A DNA stretch of 64,000 nt from a virus. Below are positions 18,018 through 28,400 of this stretch, piece after piece. Every line of letters begins with the position of its first letter. Within the stretch, counting starts at the first letter, position 1. The position numbers and the translations under genes were made by a program. A model generated the notes under the pieces. The model saw only the letters and a program-made list of their open reading frames with translations, did not search any database and had not been told where the DNA came from. The stretch covers positions 39,954-103,953 of IMG/VR virus record IMGVR_UViG_3300021963_005763. One strand, given 5' to 3'.

Positions 18018-18030
18018 TTAGAGAATCTGG

Positions 18031-18663
18031 ATGAAACAAATTTCCTATCTACGAGAACACCTGAGCTTCGATCAAGCTCAGGTGATTCTTGAATCTGACG
18101 ACAAGGAAGGCAAAAATCTTTATCTTAAAGGTATTGCTATCCAAGGCGGTATTAGAAATGCAAATCAGCGTGTGTATCCTGTAGATGAAATAGAGCGTGC
18201 GGTGAAAACATTGAACGATCAAATTCAAAGTGGATATTCAGTGTTAGGTGAAGTAGACCATCCAGATGACCTTAAAGTAAATTTGGACCGAGTAAGCCAC
18301 ATGATAACACAGATGTGGATGGAAGGTCCTAATGGATATGGGAAGATGAAAATTCTTCCCACTCCTATGGGCAACTTAATTCGTACCATGTTAGAAAGCG
18401 GTGTAAAACTTGGTGTCAGTTCAAGAGGCAGCGGCAACGTTGATGACTATTCTGGCAAAGTATCCGATTTTGAAATTATTACGGTTGACATAGTAGCCCA
18501 GCCCAGCGCACCTGGTGCCTATCCTACTCCTGTTTATGAGCATTTGATGAACATGAGAGGTGGAAACAAAGCATTAAAGGTTGCAAAAGAAGTAAAAGAA
18601 GATCCAAAGGCCCAGAAATATCTTCAAGAAAGTCTCTTGAATATTATTAAAGGTCTAAAATAA
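18031..18663 (+). CDS. gp21: Prohead protease
   Basis: NANQRVYP, LGEVDHP, VSH, GVSSRGSG, DIVAQPSAP motifs. Confidence 0.93.
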   Translation: MKQISYLREHLSFDQAQVILESDDKEGKNLYLKGIAIQGGIRNANQRVYPVDEIERAVKTLNDQIQSGYSVLGEVDHPDDLKVNLDRVSHMITQMWMEGPNGYGKMKILPTPMGNLIRTMLESGVKLGVSSRGSGNVDDYSGKVSDFEIITVDIVAQPSAPGAYPTPVYEHLMNMRGGNKALKVAKEVKEDPKAQKYLQESLLNIIKGLK

Positions 18664-18681
18664 GCCCGAGGAGAAACATAA

Positions 18682-19770
18682 ATGTTGGACGCATTCAAAA
18701 AATTAGTAGAGAGCGGCGCAATTTCAGAAGATGTTGGATCTGAACTGCAGAATGCTCTTGCTGCTAAACTTCAAGAGAATCGCGACCAAGTAACCGCTGA
18801 ACTTCGTGAAGAATTTGCTCAGAAGTACAATCATGACAAAAGTTTAATGGTTGAAGCAATCGACAAGATGTTAAGCGACAGATTGGCCGCAGAAATGGCC
18901 GAACTGCATGAAGACAAAAAAGCTCTATCAGAAGCAAAAGCACAGTACAAACAACGTATCAGTGAAGATGCTAAGAAATTAGAAAGTTTTGTAATCAAGC
19001 AACTAGGCAAAGAGTTAGTAGAATTTCAAGGTGATCGTAAGAAGGTCAGTGAGAATTTTACAAAACTAGAACAGTTTGTTGTACATGCCTTAGCTAAGGA
19101 AATAAATGAATTTGCCATAGATAAGCGTGATTTAGCTGAAACAAAAGTTAAATTAATTCGCGATTCTAAAGCAAAGTTCGAAAGTATTAAGGCTGAGTTT
19201 GTAAGCAAGGCTTCAAAGTTAGTAGAAAATGTAGTAACAAGTAAATTGAATTCTGAAATTAGCCAACTAAAAGAAGATATTCATAGCGCTCGTAATAACG
19301 ACTTTGGACGTAGAATTTATGAAGCTTTTGCGCAGGAATATTCTGCTTCTTATCTAAATGAAAAATCTGAAACTAGTAAATTATTAAAGATTATTCAAAA
19401 GAAAGAACATGAACTTGCCGAAGCTCAAAAAGCAATAGCTGAAAAGACAACCATTGTAGAATCAAAAGATCGCGAAATTCGCGTTACAAAAGATTTAATG
19501 GAACGTAAACAAGCTATGAATGAATTGTTATCACCATTAGGTGCTGACAAAAGGGAGCTGATGCATACGCTTCTAGAGTCTGTACAGACAAAAGATCTTG
19601 CAAAGGCATATGAGAAATACCTACCAACAGTGATGGAAGGCGAAATTAGGAAGACAGAAAAGAAACCTGTTCTAACCGAAGGAACCGAAGTAACTGGTAA
19701 TCGTGAAGCAAAGCCCGAGGTAGGCTTAGATAACATTATAGACATCCGCAAATTAGCGGGTCTAAAATAA
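18682..19770 (+). CDS. gp22: Prohead scaffold protein, gp22-like
   Basis: Coiled-coil 362 aa between protease and major capsid; GRRIYEAF motif. Confidence 0.75.
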   Translation: MLDAFKKLVESGAISEDVGSELQNALAAKLQENRDQVTAELREEFAQKYNHDKSLMVEAIDKMLSDRLAAEMAELHEDKKALSEAKAQYKQRISEDAKKLESFVIKQLGKELVEFQGDRKKVSENFTKLEQFVVHALAKEINEFAIDKRDLAETKVKLIRDSKAKFESIKAEFVSKASKLVENVVTSKLNSEISQLKEDIHSARNNDFGRRIYEAFAQEYSASYLNEKSETSKLLKIIQKKEHELAEAQKAIAEKTTIVESKDREIRVTKDLMERKQAMNELLSPLGADKRELMHTLLESVQTKDLAKAYEKYLPTVMEGEIRKTEKKPVLTEGTEVTGNREAKPEVGLDNIIDIRKLAGLK

Positions 19771-19789
19771 TTCAAGGAGAAGACATAAA

Positions 19790-20965
19790 ATGTCAAAACT
19801 TTTAAATGAAAGATGGTCAGAGACCAAAGACGCTCTGCTTGAAGGCCTACAAGGTAACCGTCGTCAATCTATGGCAGTTTGCTTGGAAAACACACGTCGT
19901 TACTTGGCTGAAGCAGCAACAGCAGGTGCAACCAGCACTGGTAACATTGCTACATTAAATCGTGTGATTCTACCGGTAATCCGTCGTGTAATGCCAACAG
20001 TTATTGCTAACGAAATTGTTGGTGTACAACCAATGACAGGTCCAGTTGGTCAAATTCATACTCTACGTGTTCGTTACGCTGACAGCGGTAACAATGTTGT
20101 AGCAGGTGAAGAAGCACTAAGCCCATTCAAGATTGCTGCTGCTTATTCTGGTAACGATGTTGACGCAACTCCTAAAGCACAGGTAACAAGTGCTCTAGAA
20201 GGTGCACCAGGTAAGCGTATGAGCATTCAGATCTTGAAAACACCAGTTGAAGCTAAGAGCCGTAAGCTATCAGCTCGCTGGACATTCGAGGCTGCACAAG
20301 ATGCACAGGCACAACAAGGTATTGATATCGAAGCAGAAATCATGGCTGCTCTAGCTCAAGAAATCACAGCTGAGATTGACCAAGAAATCCTAGCTTCTCT
20401 ACGTGGTCTTGCTGCTGTTGAAGAAACATATGACCAGTCATTAGTTTCTGGTACAGCTACATTCGTTGGTGACGAGCATGCCGCTCTTGCTATTCAGATC
20501 AATCGTGTAAGCAACTTAATTGCTCAGCGTACACGTCGTGGTTCTGCTAACTGGGCAGTTGTTTCTAACCAGGCTCTAACAATTCTACAGAGCGCAACAA
20601 CTAGTGCGTTTGCTCGTACTACAGAAGGCACATTTGAAGCACCTACAAACACCAAGTTTGTTGGTACATTGAATGGCGCAATGCGTGTATATGTAGATGC
20701 ATACATGAGTGACACCAGTGACAACAACCAAGTCTTAGTTGGTTATAAGGGTACAAGCGAAGCTGATGCTGCTGCTTTCTATTGCCCATATATACCTTTA
20801 ATGAGTTCTGGTGTTGTTCTAGATCCAGCAACATTCGAGCCAGTAGTTGGCTTCTTAACACGTTACGGATATGTTGAGTTAACAAACACAGCTAGCTCTC
20901 TTGGTAACGCTGCCGACTATCTAGGTAAGGTTGCAATCACATCTGCTAATGTAAGCTTCAAATAA
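19790..20965 (+). CDS. gp23: Major capsid protein
   Basis: VGVQPMTGPVGQIHTLR, SRKLSARWT.E.AQD, EI..EIDQEI, FYCPYIPL, TRYG motifs. Confidence 0.96.
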   Translation: MSKLLNERWSETKDALLEGLQGNRRQSMAVCLENTRRYLAEAATAGATSTGNIATLNRVILPVIRRVMPTVIANEIVGVQPMTGPVGQIHTLRVRYADSGNNVVAGEEALSPFKIAAAYSGNDVDATPKAQVTSALEGAPGKRMSIQILKTPVEAKSRKLSARWTFEAAQDAQAQQGIDIEAEIMAALAQEITAEIDQEILASLRGLAAVEETYDQSLVSGTATFVGDEHAALAIQINRVSNLIAQRTRRGSANWAVVSNQALTILQSATTSAFARTTEGTFEAPTNTKFVGTLNGAMRVYVDAYMSDTSDNNQVLVGYKGTSEADAAAFYCPYIPLMSSGVVLDPATFEPVVGFLTRYGYVELTNTASSLGNAADYLGKVAITSANVSFK

Positions 20966-20990
20966 TTGCTTATATACAGAGTATAACATT

Positions 20991-21012
20991 AAGCCCGCCA
21001 TGCGGGCTTTTT
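20991..21012 (+). terminator. Rho-independent terminator after the major capsid gene
   Basis: AAGCCCGC-cat-GCGGGCTT followed by T run. Confidence 0.85.
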
Positions 21013-21086
21013 GTTAACAGCCTTAACAGGTTTATGCGGTACCCGCCGCGTAGTGGCTAGAACCCACATACATTGAGGAGAAACAA

Positions 21087-21800
21087 ATGGGACGTCCGAT
21101 TAAAGAAAAGTTTTTTGGTAATACAAATTCACCTTACACAAATGTAGCAAGAGGTGGAACATCAGGAGTAGGTGGGGAAGGATTTGGTGCTGTTGCAATT
21201 TTAAATACAGCAACAAATAGCGGATATTCTACTTCTACAACTGTTACATGGACAGGAAGCACACCGCAAGTTCCGGGTGGTGTAGCAGCTAGCGGTACTG
21301 CAAATGTGCAATTTATTGGTGGAACTGGGCGTATTCAAAGTCTTAATATAACTACCGCTGGTACTGGTTATACATCAACATCTAGCGTTACTATAACATT
21401 TAGCCCAGCAACAGGTGGTACTGCTGCTACGTATGCTATTACTGCTTTAACATCAAGTCGCCAAAATGCGTTGAGAGGTTTCGCATACCTAACGACTGGA
21501 AGTAGTGCTGTTCCTTATGATATTATGGAACAAAGAAGTAGCCGCAGGTATTTAGTGAACACAAGTCAAGGTAGGGGCGTGGTTAAATTAGCTACTACTA
21601 CAACCTTAACAGCAGGAACAATGAATTTAGAAGCTACTGATGCAAATAGTAATAAGTATCTTGTTAAGAAATTAACAGGACGCCGTGCTGTTCTTGTAAG
21701 AACAACAGCTAGCGGAGCTTGGTTATTTGCTACAAATGCTGCCGCAGGGTGGACATTTAATTCTGCGAGCACAGGCACAGTTAGTTTAGCAAATAATTAA
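21087..21800 (+). CDS. Putative head decoration/virion protein
   Basis: Thr/Gly-rich beta-type sequence; strong GAGGAG SD; directly after the capsid gene. Confidence 0.5.
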   Translation: MGRPIKEKFFGNTNSPYTNVARGGTSGVGGEGFGAVAILNTATNSGYSTSTTVTWTGSTPQVPGGVAASGTANVQFIGGTGRIQSLNITTAGTGYTSTSSVTITFSPATGGTAATYAITALTSSRQNALRGFAYLTTGSSAVPYDIMEQRSSRRYLVNTSQGRGVVKLATTTTLTAGTMNLEATDANSNKYLVKKLTGRRAVLVRTTASGAWLFATNAAAGWTFNSASTGTVSLANN

Positions 21801-21821
21801 TTTTATTAAGGTGGTGATTTC

Positions 21822-21842
21822 AAGGGGCTTAGGCCCCTTTTT
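21822..21842 (+). terminator. Rho-independent terminator
   Basis: AAGGGGC-ttag-GCCCCTT followed by T run. Confidence 0.8.
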
Positions 21843-21861
21843 GTTTTTGGTAAATACTGGT

Positions 21862-22386
21862 ATGGCTACTCCTTGGACTTTTCCATCAACAGTTACGCAA
21901 TATGCTCAGACCGGAGCAGAACAAGCCCATATTTCTTGGTTGGAAATAGATAATTTCAGTGCTTTAAAAAGTTTAAATCAACAACATATTAAAACCACCA
22001 GAGACCTTGTTCATATTGCTAGAGATCCTAGACATGATATTGTAGAAAAAACATACTATCTTAAACTTACAAATTTTGTTTTTCAAAATTTACCAAGTAC
22101 ACTGTCCGGTATCCAAGTAAGATTAACTATGAAAAGATTTGGTAGAATCACAGACGATGAAATTTTTCTTTGTCTTAATAATGATATTGTAGGGGATAAT
22201 TTTGGTGACCTGGATTTGTCCCCTACTAAAATTTATGGAAGCGAAACTGATACATGGAACACATCACTTACAATATCAGATGTTCAACATTCTTCTTTTG
22301 GAGTTGTATTAAGATTCAAAAGTCATCCTCAATGGCCGCATAAGTCCAGCGCACTTATTGACGCAATTGAAATAAGAGTTCATTAA
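21862..22386 (+). CDS. Hypothetical virion protein
   Basis: Start moved from GTG 21811 (which spans the terminator) to ATG 21862, 5 nt after TAAATA. Confidence 0.55.
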   Translation: MATPWTFPSTVTQYAQTGAEQAHISWLEIDNFSALKSLNQQHIKTTRDLVHIARDPRHDIVEKTYYLKLTNFVFQNLPSTLSGIQVRLTMKRFGRITDDEIFLCLNNDIVGDNFGDLDLSPTKIYGSETDTWNTSLTISDVQHSSFGVVLRFKSHPQWPHKSSALIDAIEIRVH

Positions 22387-22411
22387 AATAAATACATTGA
22401 GGAAAACTTAA

Positions 22412-25400
22412 ATGCCAGTAAATGTTCTTAATATACCAGGTGATTACTATATTACAGCCAATAATGGCCTAATTCAGGTAAAAGCAGGCCAAAGTGTTAC
22501 TAATCAAGCCGGGTCATATCTATTAAATACCGCAGGGTCATACCTGCGTAATAATGCTGGATCTTTTTTAGAAAATGTTGCTGGTACATCACTAACAAAT
22601 ACGGCTGGTACTTCTCTCACAAATACTGCAGGAACAAATCTTACTAACGTAGCTTCTGGAATTTTAGCTAACTCTGCTGGCACAAACATGACCAATAATG
22701 CCGGCGGGAATATGGTTAATGTTGCCGTTGGAAATATTACGAACCAGGCTGGGGGTAATCTAACCAATCAGGTCACAGGTAATTTTGATAATACAATAAG
22801 CGGAAATTTTAATAATGTTATTACTGGTAGCATTTTAAATTTATCTAATAATAATATAACTAATAATGCTATAGGTAATATTTCAAATGTAAGTCAAAAT
22901 TTTTCAATTTATGCAGATGTTATTCAACTAGGTGAAAATTCTGCTGATAAAATAAATCCAGTTGGCTTGTTTAATAATAATCTTGTCCCAGATGTAGATA
23001 TTACCTATGATTTCGGTACAAGTTTAATTTCCTGGCGTAAAGTTTATGCTGAAGAATCATATCTAAAAGGTACCGATAACGTTGATAATCCCTATCTACG
23101 TCCATACAATCCGGCAGATATTTATGGTACAGCGGCTCAAAGACAAGCCGGTGCATTTTACGTAGCAGGTGGTGTAGGTATTGAAAAAGACCTAAACGTA
23201 GGTGGTTTCATCTACGGCCGAGTAGAAACTGCTAATACTAGTCTAAGTATCAACGTAACAGCAACAAATGTAGATCAAGTGTTTTATTCTACATTTGCTG
23301 TGAACACAGGCAATCAATTCTTGTTCATAGATAATGCTGGACCTTTTGGTGGATTTACCTATAACCCCAGTGAAGGAAAACTAACAGTTGATCGTGCCCG
23401 TGTTGCGCAAACTGATAATTCAGTTTCTACAATGACAGGTGCCTTTACAATTACTGGTGGTGTAGGTATTGGGAAAGATGTTTATGTTGGTGGAAATATT
23501 CTACCTGGAGCAGTGAACACAGGCAGTCTAGGTAAACAAGATCTAGAATGGTACCAAGGTTATATTGACAACCTATATACAAAAGTTATTGGTAGCACAG
23601 CCAGTAATTTAACTGTAGCCCCAGGTAGCGGTATGACTGATGTATTTGGGGACATCAGAGTACGCGGTACTAACCCAATAGGCACTGCACCTGTTGTTAG
23701 AAATACATTATACGTAACTATGGACGGCAATGATACCAATGATGGTAGAGCAATGGATGCTAGCCGTGCTTGTAGAACAATTGGTGGAGCTCTTAGAAGT
23801 CCTTATTATCAGGAAGGTACACAGATCTTAGTCAGCGCAGGGCACTACCTAGAAGACAATCCCCTACCTATGAAACGCTATACAAGCATTCGTGGTAGTG
23901 ATATTAGAACAACTTTTATTGAACCAATCAATAAGACGCAGGATCTTTTTCATGTCAATAGTGGATGTTATTTAAATTACATGACATTCTTAAATGGTCG
24001 TAGCGGATTACTAGAAGGACCATATGAACAAGGCTTTAATCGTGGTGCCTATTGTACTGCGTTTCCTCCATTAAGCGGCGATGACAGAATAACACTAAAT
24101 CAAAGTCCCTACATCCAAAATTGTACTAATCAAAGTGGACCATGGCTTAAAGATGGAACAATGTTTATTCCAAATCAGACTATTCAGGTTCCTGTAGCGG
24201 TTGGAACAGGCACTTGGGCTGCTAATACTACACAAATTGTAGTGTCTGTAAGTACTGGCACAATTGAATTAGGAATGACAATCAATGCAGGTAATCAGAA
24301 TCCGGGATTCTATGACGCTAGAACACTCTTATTGGCCAATAAAGGATTTATCCAAGAACAGGTAGTAACTTTTGTAGATCAAACATTTAACAGTGGTAAC
24401 TTTTCTTACGATGCTATTAAGTGTGCTAGAGATACTGGATTAATAGTTGAAAGCATTGCCATAGACCTATTACAGAATTCTGATAGTGACAGCATATTTG
24501 CAGGATTACAATATTGGAGACAGGATGGTTTTGTAGATGCTATAGGCAACCAAATTACAACTACAACTAATGCCATAGCTTATCTTAGAAATATAACTTC
24601 TGCTACAGTTGCTACAAGCACTGAGAAGGGTATAGTTTTTAATAGATTCAATGATATATTAGATGTTCTAAATAGTGGAACTACATATACTATTGAATTA
24701 CAAAATGGCACGTTTAGCGAGTGGATTACAAATAAGATACAATCAAACTACACAGGTACTACAGCCAGCTCATATCTCGCTGCTGCTAATGCTATTATTT
24801 CTAATAAAACAACCCTAACAAATCAAACTATAGCCTATATACAAAGTACCGCTCCTACATTTACGTTTAATACTAGTACTTGCCGCAGAGACATTGGTTT
24901 TATCTTAGACAGTGTGGTATTTGATTTACTTCATGGTGGCAATAAACAAAGTATTAAGTCAGGAGTTTACTATTTTCAATACACAACAGGTACTAGTGAA
25001 GTAGTTGCTGAAGTTCCACAAGTACAAGCAGCATATAGATTTATGAAAGGGCTTGTACAAAATGTTGTAAAAGGTAATGTAGTTGTTACCAAATATCAAA
25101 ATACAATTACTCAGTCTGTAGCTGGATTTAACAGTGCAACAATTTATGAAGCTGACGCATTGGCAGATAAAATTGATATTATTACAGGAATTATAAGAGA
25201 CGGTCCAGAAGATTATTATGCTGTAGGAAAAAGAGTTCCTATTCTTTTAACCAGCAACTCATCTACTGCTGTACAAAATGCCTATAATTTATTGTTAGCA
25301 AATAAACAATTTATTGTAGCAGAAACAATTGCCTACATAAATTCTACATCTAATTTCTTTGATTATAATAGAGAAAAGTGTAGACGAGATGTTGGTATAT

Positions 25401-28400
25401 TAGTTGAGAATATAGCATACGATGCTACATTTGGCGGTAATCAAAAAGCAGTAGAAAGTGGTCTAGCCTATTTTGATGGTGTGATTAGTAAAATATCTGG
25501 ACAAGAAACACAGACAATTAGCGCCATCGATTATTTGGCCAGCCTAGCTCAAAAGATTATAATTAATGACCCGTGTACTGATCTATTATCCGGAACAGGA
25601 ACCTATGCTCAAGTAATTAACACTGCGTTAATAGGCGGCGGTATAGCATTTGATTCGATTGAAAATCTCAAAAATATTATTACTACAATTATCGATAATG
25701 GTCCTGATGCTGCTCCTGTTATCTACACCAGTCCAGGACCAGATAGTGCATTTGTCAGTGCTGAAATTTTGATTCAGGCAAACAGGAAGTTTATACAGCA
25801 AGAAACTGTTAATTATATCAATCATGTCATTATACCAGCTACTAATCCTGGATATTTTCCGTATAGCGAAATTAAGTGTCGTAGAGACACAGGACTAATC
25901 ATTGATTCATTTGCGCAAGACTTGCTATATTATACAAATAGTCATAGTCAAAGTACATTTGCAGGATTACAATATTGGGGACAAGACTTTTATGTAGGTG
26001 ATATTGCTGACCAATTGAACCCTACTGTAGAAGCAATTAAATATCTAAAAGCCACTGCTGTTAAAATTATTCAAAACATTACTCCAAACGATGATCTTAT
26101 TGCTAGATATCAAACTGTAGTTGCCCAGAATACAACAACCTATCAAGCAGCTACTTTAAATGAAGCAGCTATTATTTCAGCAAGATTTAACGAAATCATA
26201 GATATTGTTAGCGGCAATAAAACAGGATGGACTGATAGAATAATTTCTAACGCAACTGCTAGTAATATTGTCAGTACTATCAACGCTTATAATAATTTAC
26301 TCTTACATAAAAATTACCTTGCCAGTGAAATTAATGCCTTTGTAACAGCTACTAATTTTGGCTTTGTCTACGATGCTATAAAATGTGGCCGTGATGTAGG
26401 CTATATGATAGATGCAGTGGCATTTGACTTGCTACACGGCGGTAATAGACAAAGTGTTCAAAATGGCCTGTATTATTATGGATTTAGTACAACTAGTACA
26501 AATATCTATAATGAAACAACACAAACAGTAGCAGCATTTAATTATCTAGCCTCGATAGCAGGGCAGGTGGTTAGAAATCAAACTGTTACAGCTAGACAAA
26601 CTGAGGTTGTGCAAGTTTTCACTACTTCGACAGGAACGACCAGCGAAGCAACAGCTATAACAATAAGTGTTAACACTATTACCAGTATTATAACCAATGG
26701 TCCTGGAGTAGCAGCTAGTCCGAGTGCTATAGCTATGACAGCTAGTTCTACTGCTACAGTAATTGCTGCCTACGATTTGTTGTATGCAAACAAGAGCTTC
26801 TTAATAGAAGAAACTATTGCCTATATTGATCAAACATTTAATTCAGGAAAGTTTAATTACAATGAGGCCAAGTGTTTTAGAGATGTTGGTTTAATCTTAG
26901 ATGCTGTAACACAAGACATATTATTAGGCGGAAATAGTAAGAGTGTGGAAGCAGGCCTAAGTTATTGGAGTAACGGATACAACTCAGTAGGCGGCCAAGA
27001 AACTACAACCACATTGGCTTTAAACCGAGCAAGAGATGTTGCTCTACTGGTTGCAGCTAATCAAACAGTTACAGTTACTACAGGTACTATAATCCCACAG
27101 ATAATTAACACCTTCTTTGATTATGGTTATGAGTACGGTCCTCAAGAAGGTATCACAAGAAACTTTGGTATAATAAATCGTATTATTGAAAACGGTCCAG
27201 CATATGCGCCGCCTGTATTCAAGGGAGGAGGGCTATTCAGTCTAGTTGGTATTAATGGTGCTGATGTAAATGTTACACCTAAAGTAGTATCTGTTGTTCA
27301 AACAGGAACTAATTTTAGAATTGGCTTAGATATACCGACTATTGGCTTTGGAACAAATGCTACATTATACTTTGGTGACACAGAAATATATCCATTACGT
27401 GATTATCAAGTTGATGAACTAAGTTTTGAAAGAACAGGCAATACTAGTACTTGGGCTCTTAGAAAGATCGATCAATTTGGAGGAATGGGTGGGGCTTTAA
27501 TTGATGGTGCGGTAATTGCTGATAATTCACCTATTCAATCTTTTGTATTTGATGCTTACACTCAATTAACTCAAGGTGGTAGAGGTGTTCATATTAAAAA
27601 CGATGGCTACGCTCAGTTGGTTAGTGTATTCACAATCTTTTCTAGTATAGGTGTAGAAGTAGAAAGCGGCGGCATAGCCAGTATTGTTAACAGCAATGCT
27701 AACTTTGGAAATATTTGTTTACAGGCAAATGGTTTTGGTCGTCGTAAGTTTACAGGACACATTTACAATCCTCCTTACAAGGCATATCCAGAAAGCCCAG
27801 TAGGACTTGTAGGTAGTGAAGGATTGAACCAATATTATCCTAGCGGGTTCTGGCCAAATAATGCACAGGTAATGGTATTTTTACCTGATACAGCAGATAG
27901 ACCACATATTTCTTTAGTCATGGAAGTTGAACCTCCAGAAACTGTAAGAGATTTTACCGGACAATTAACAGCACAATTAAATGAACAAGGATTCCCAGGT
28001 TTCTTAAATGCTAATCCTACCACTGGGACTTTAACAACCAGTACAATTACCCTTACAGGTATTAGTACAGATGGTATATTTGTAGGAAATGCTGTTTATG
28101 CTAGAGATCAATTTGGTCGTTCAACAAGTACCAATCTAGATGTTAATGGTAATTATATACAATATATTGCTTCAGGTACAGTTGTTACTGCTCTAGGATT
28201 TAATTCTATAACATTGAATAAACCTGTACAAGCGGGAGGATCTGATCCTACAAATACAACGAACAGTTACAATGCTAACTATTTTGATTTATATTTCTGC
28301 GGTAATGCCTACTACACTGTGTTAAGTAGTGAAATAGGAAGTAATCCACAATATAATACAATTAATCAAGTTATTCCCGATGGAGAAAATATCCTTAGCA

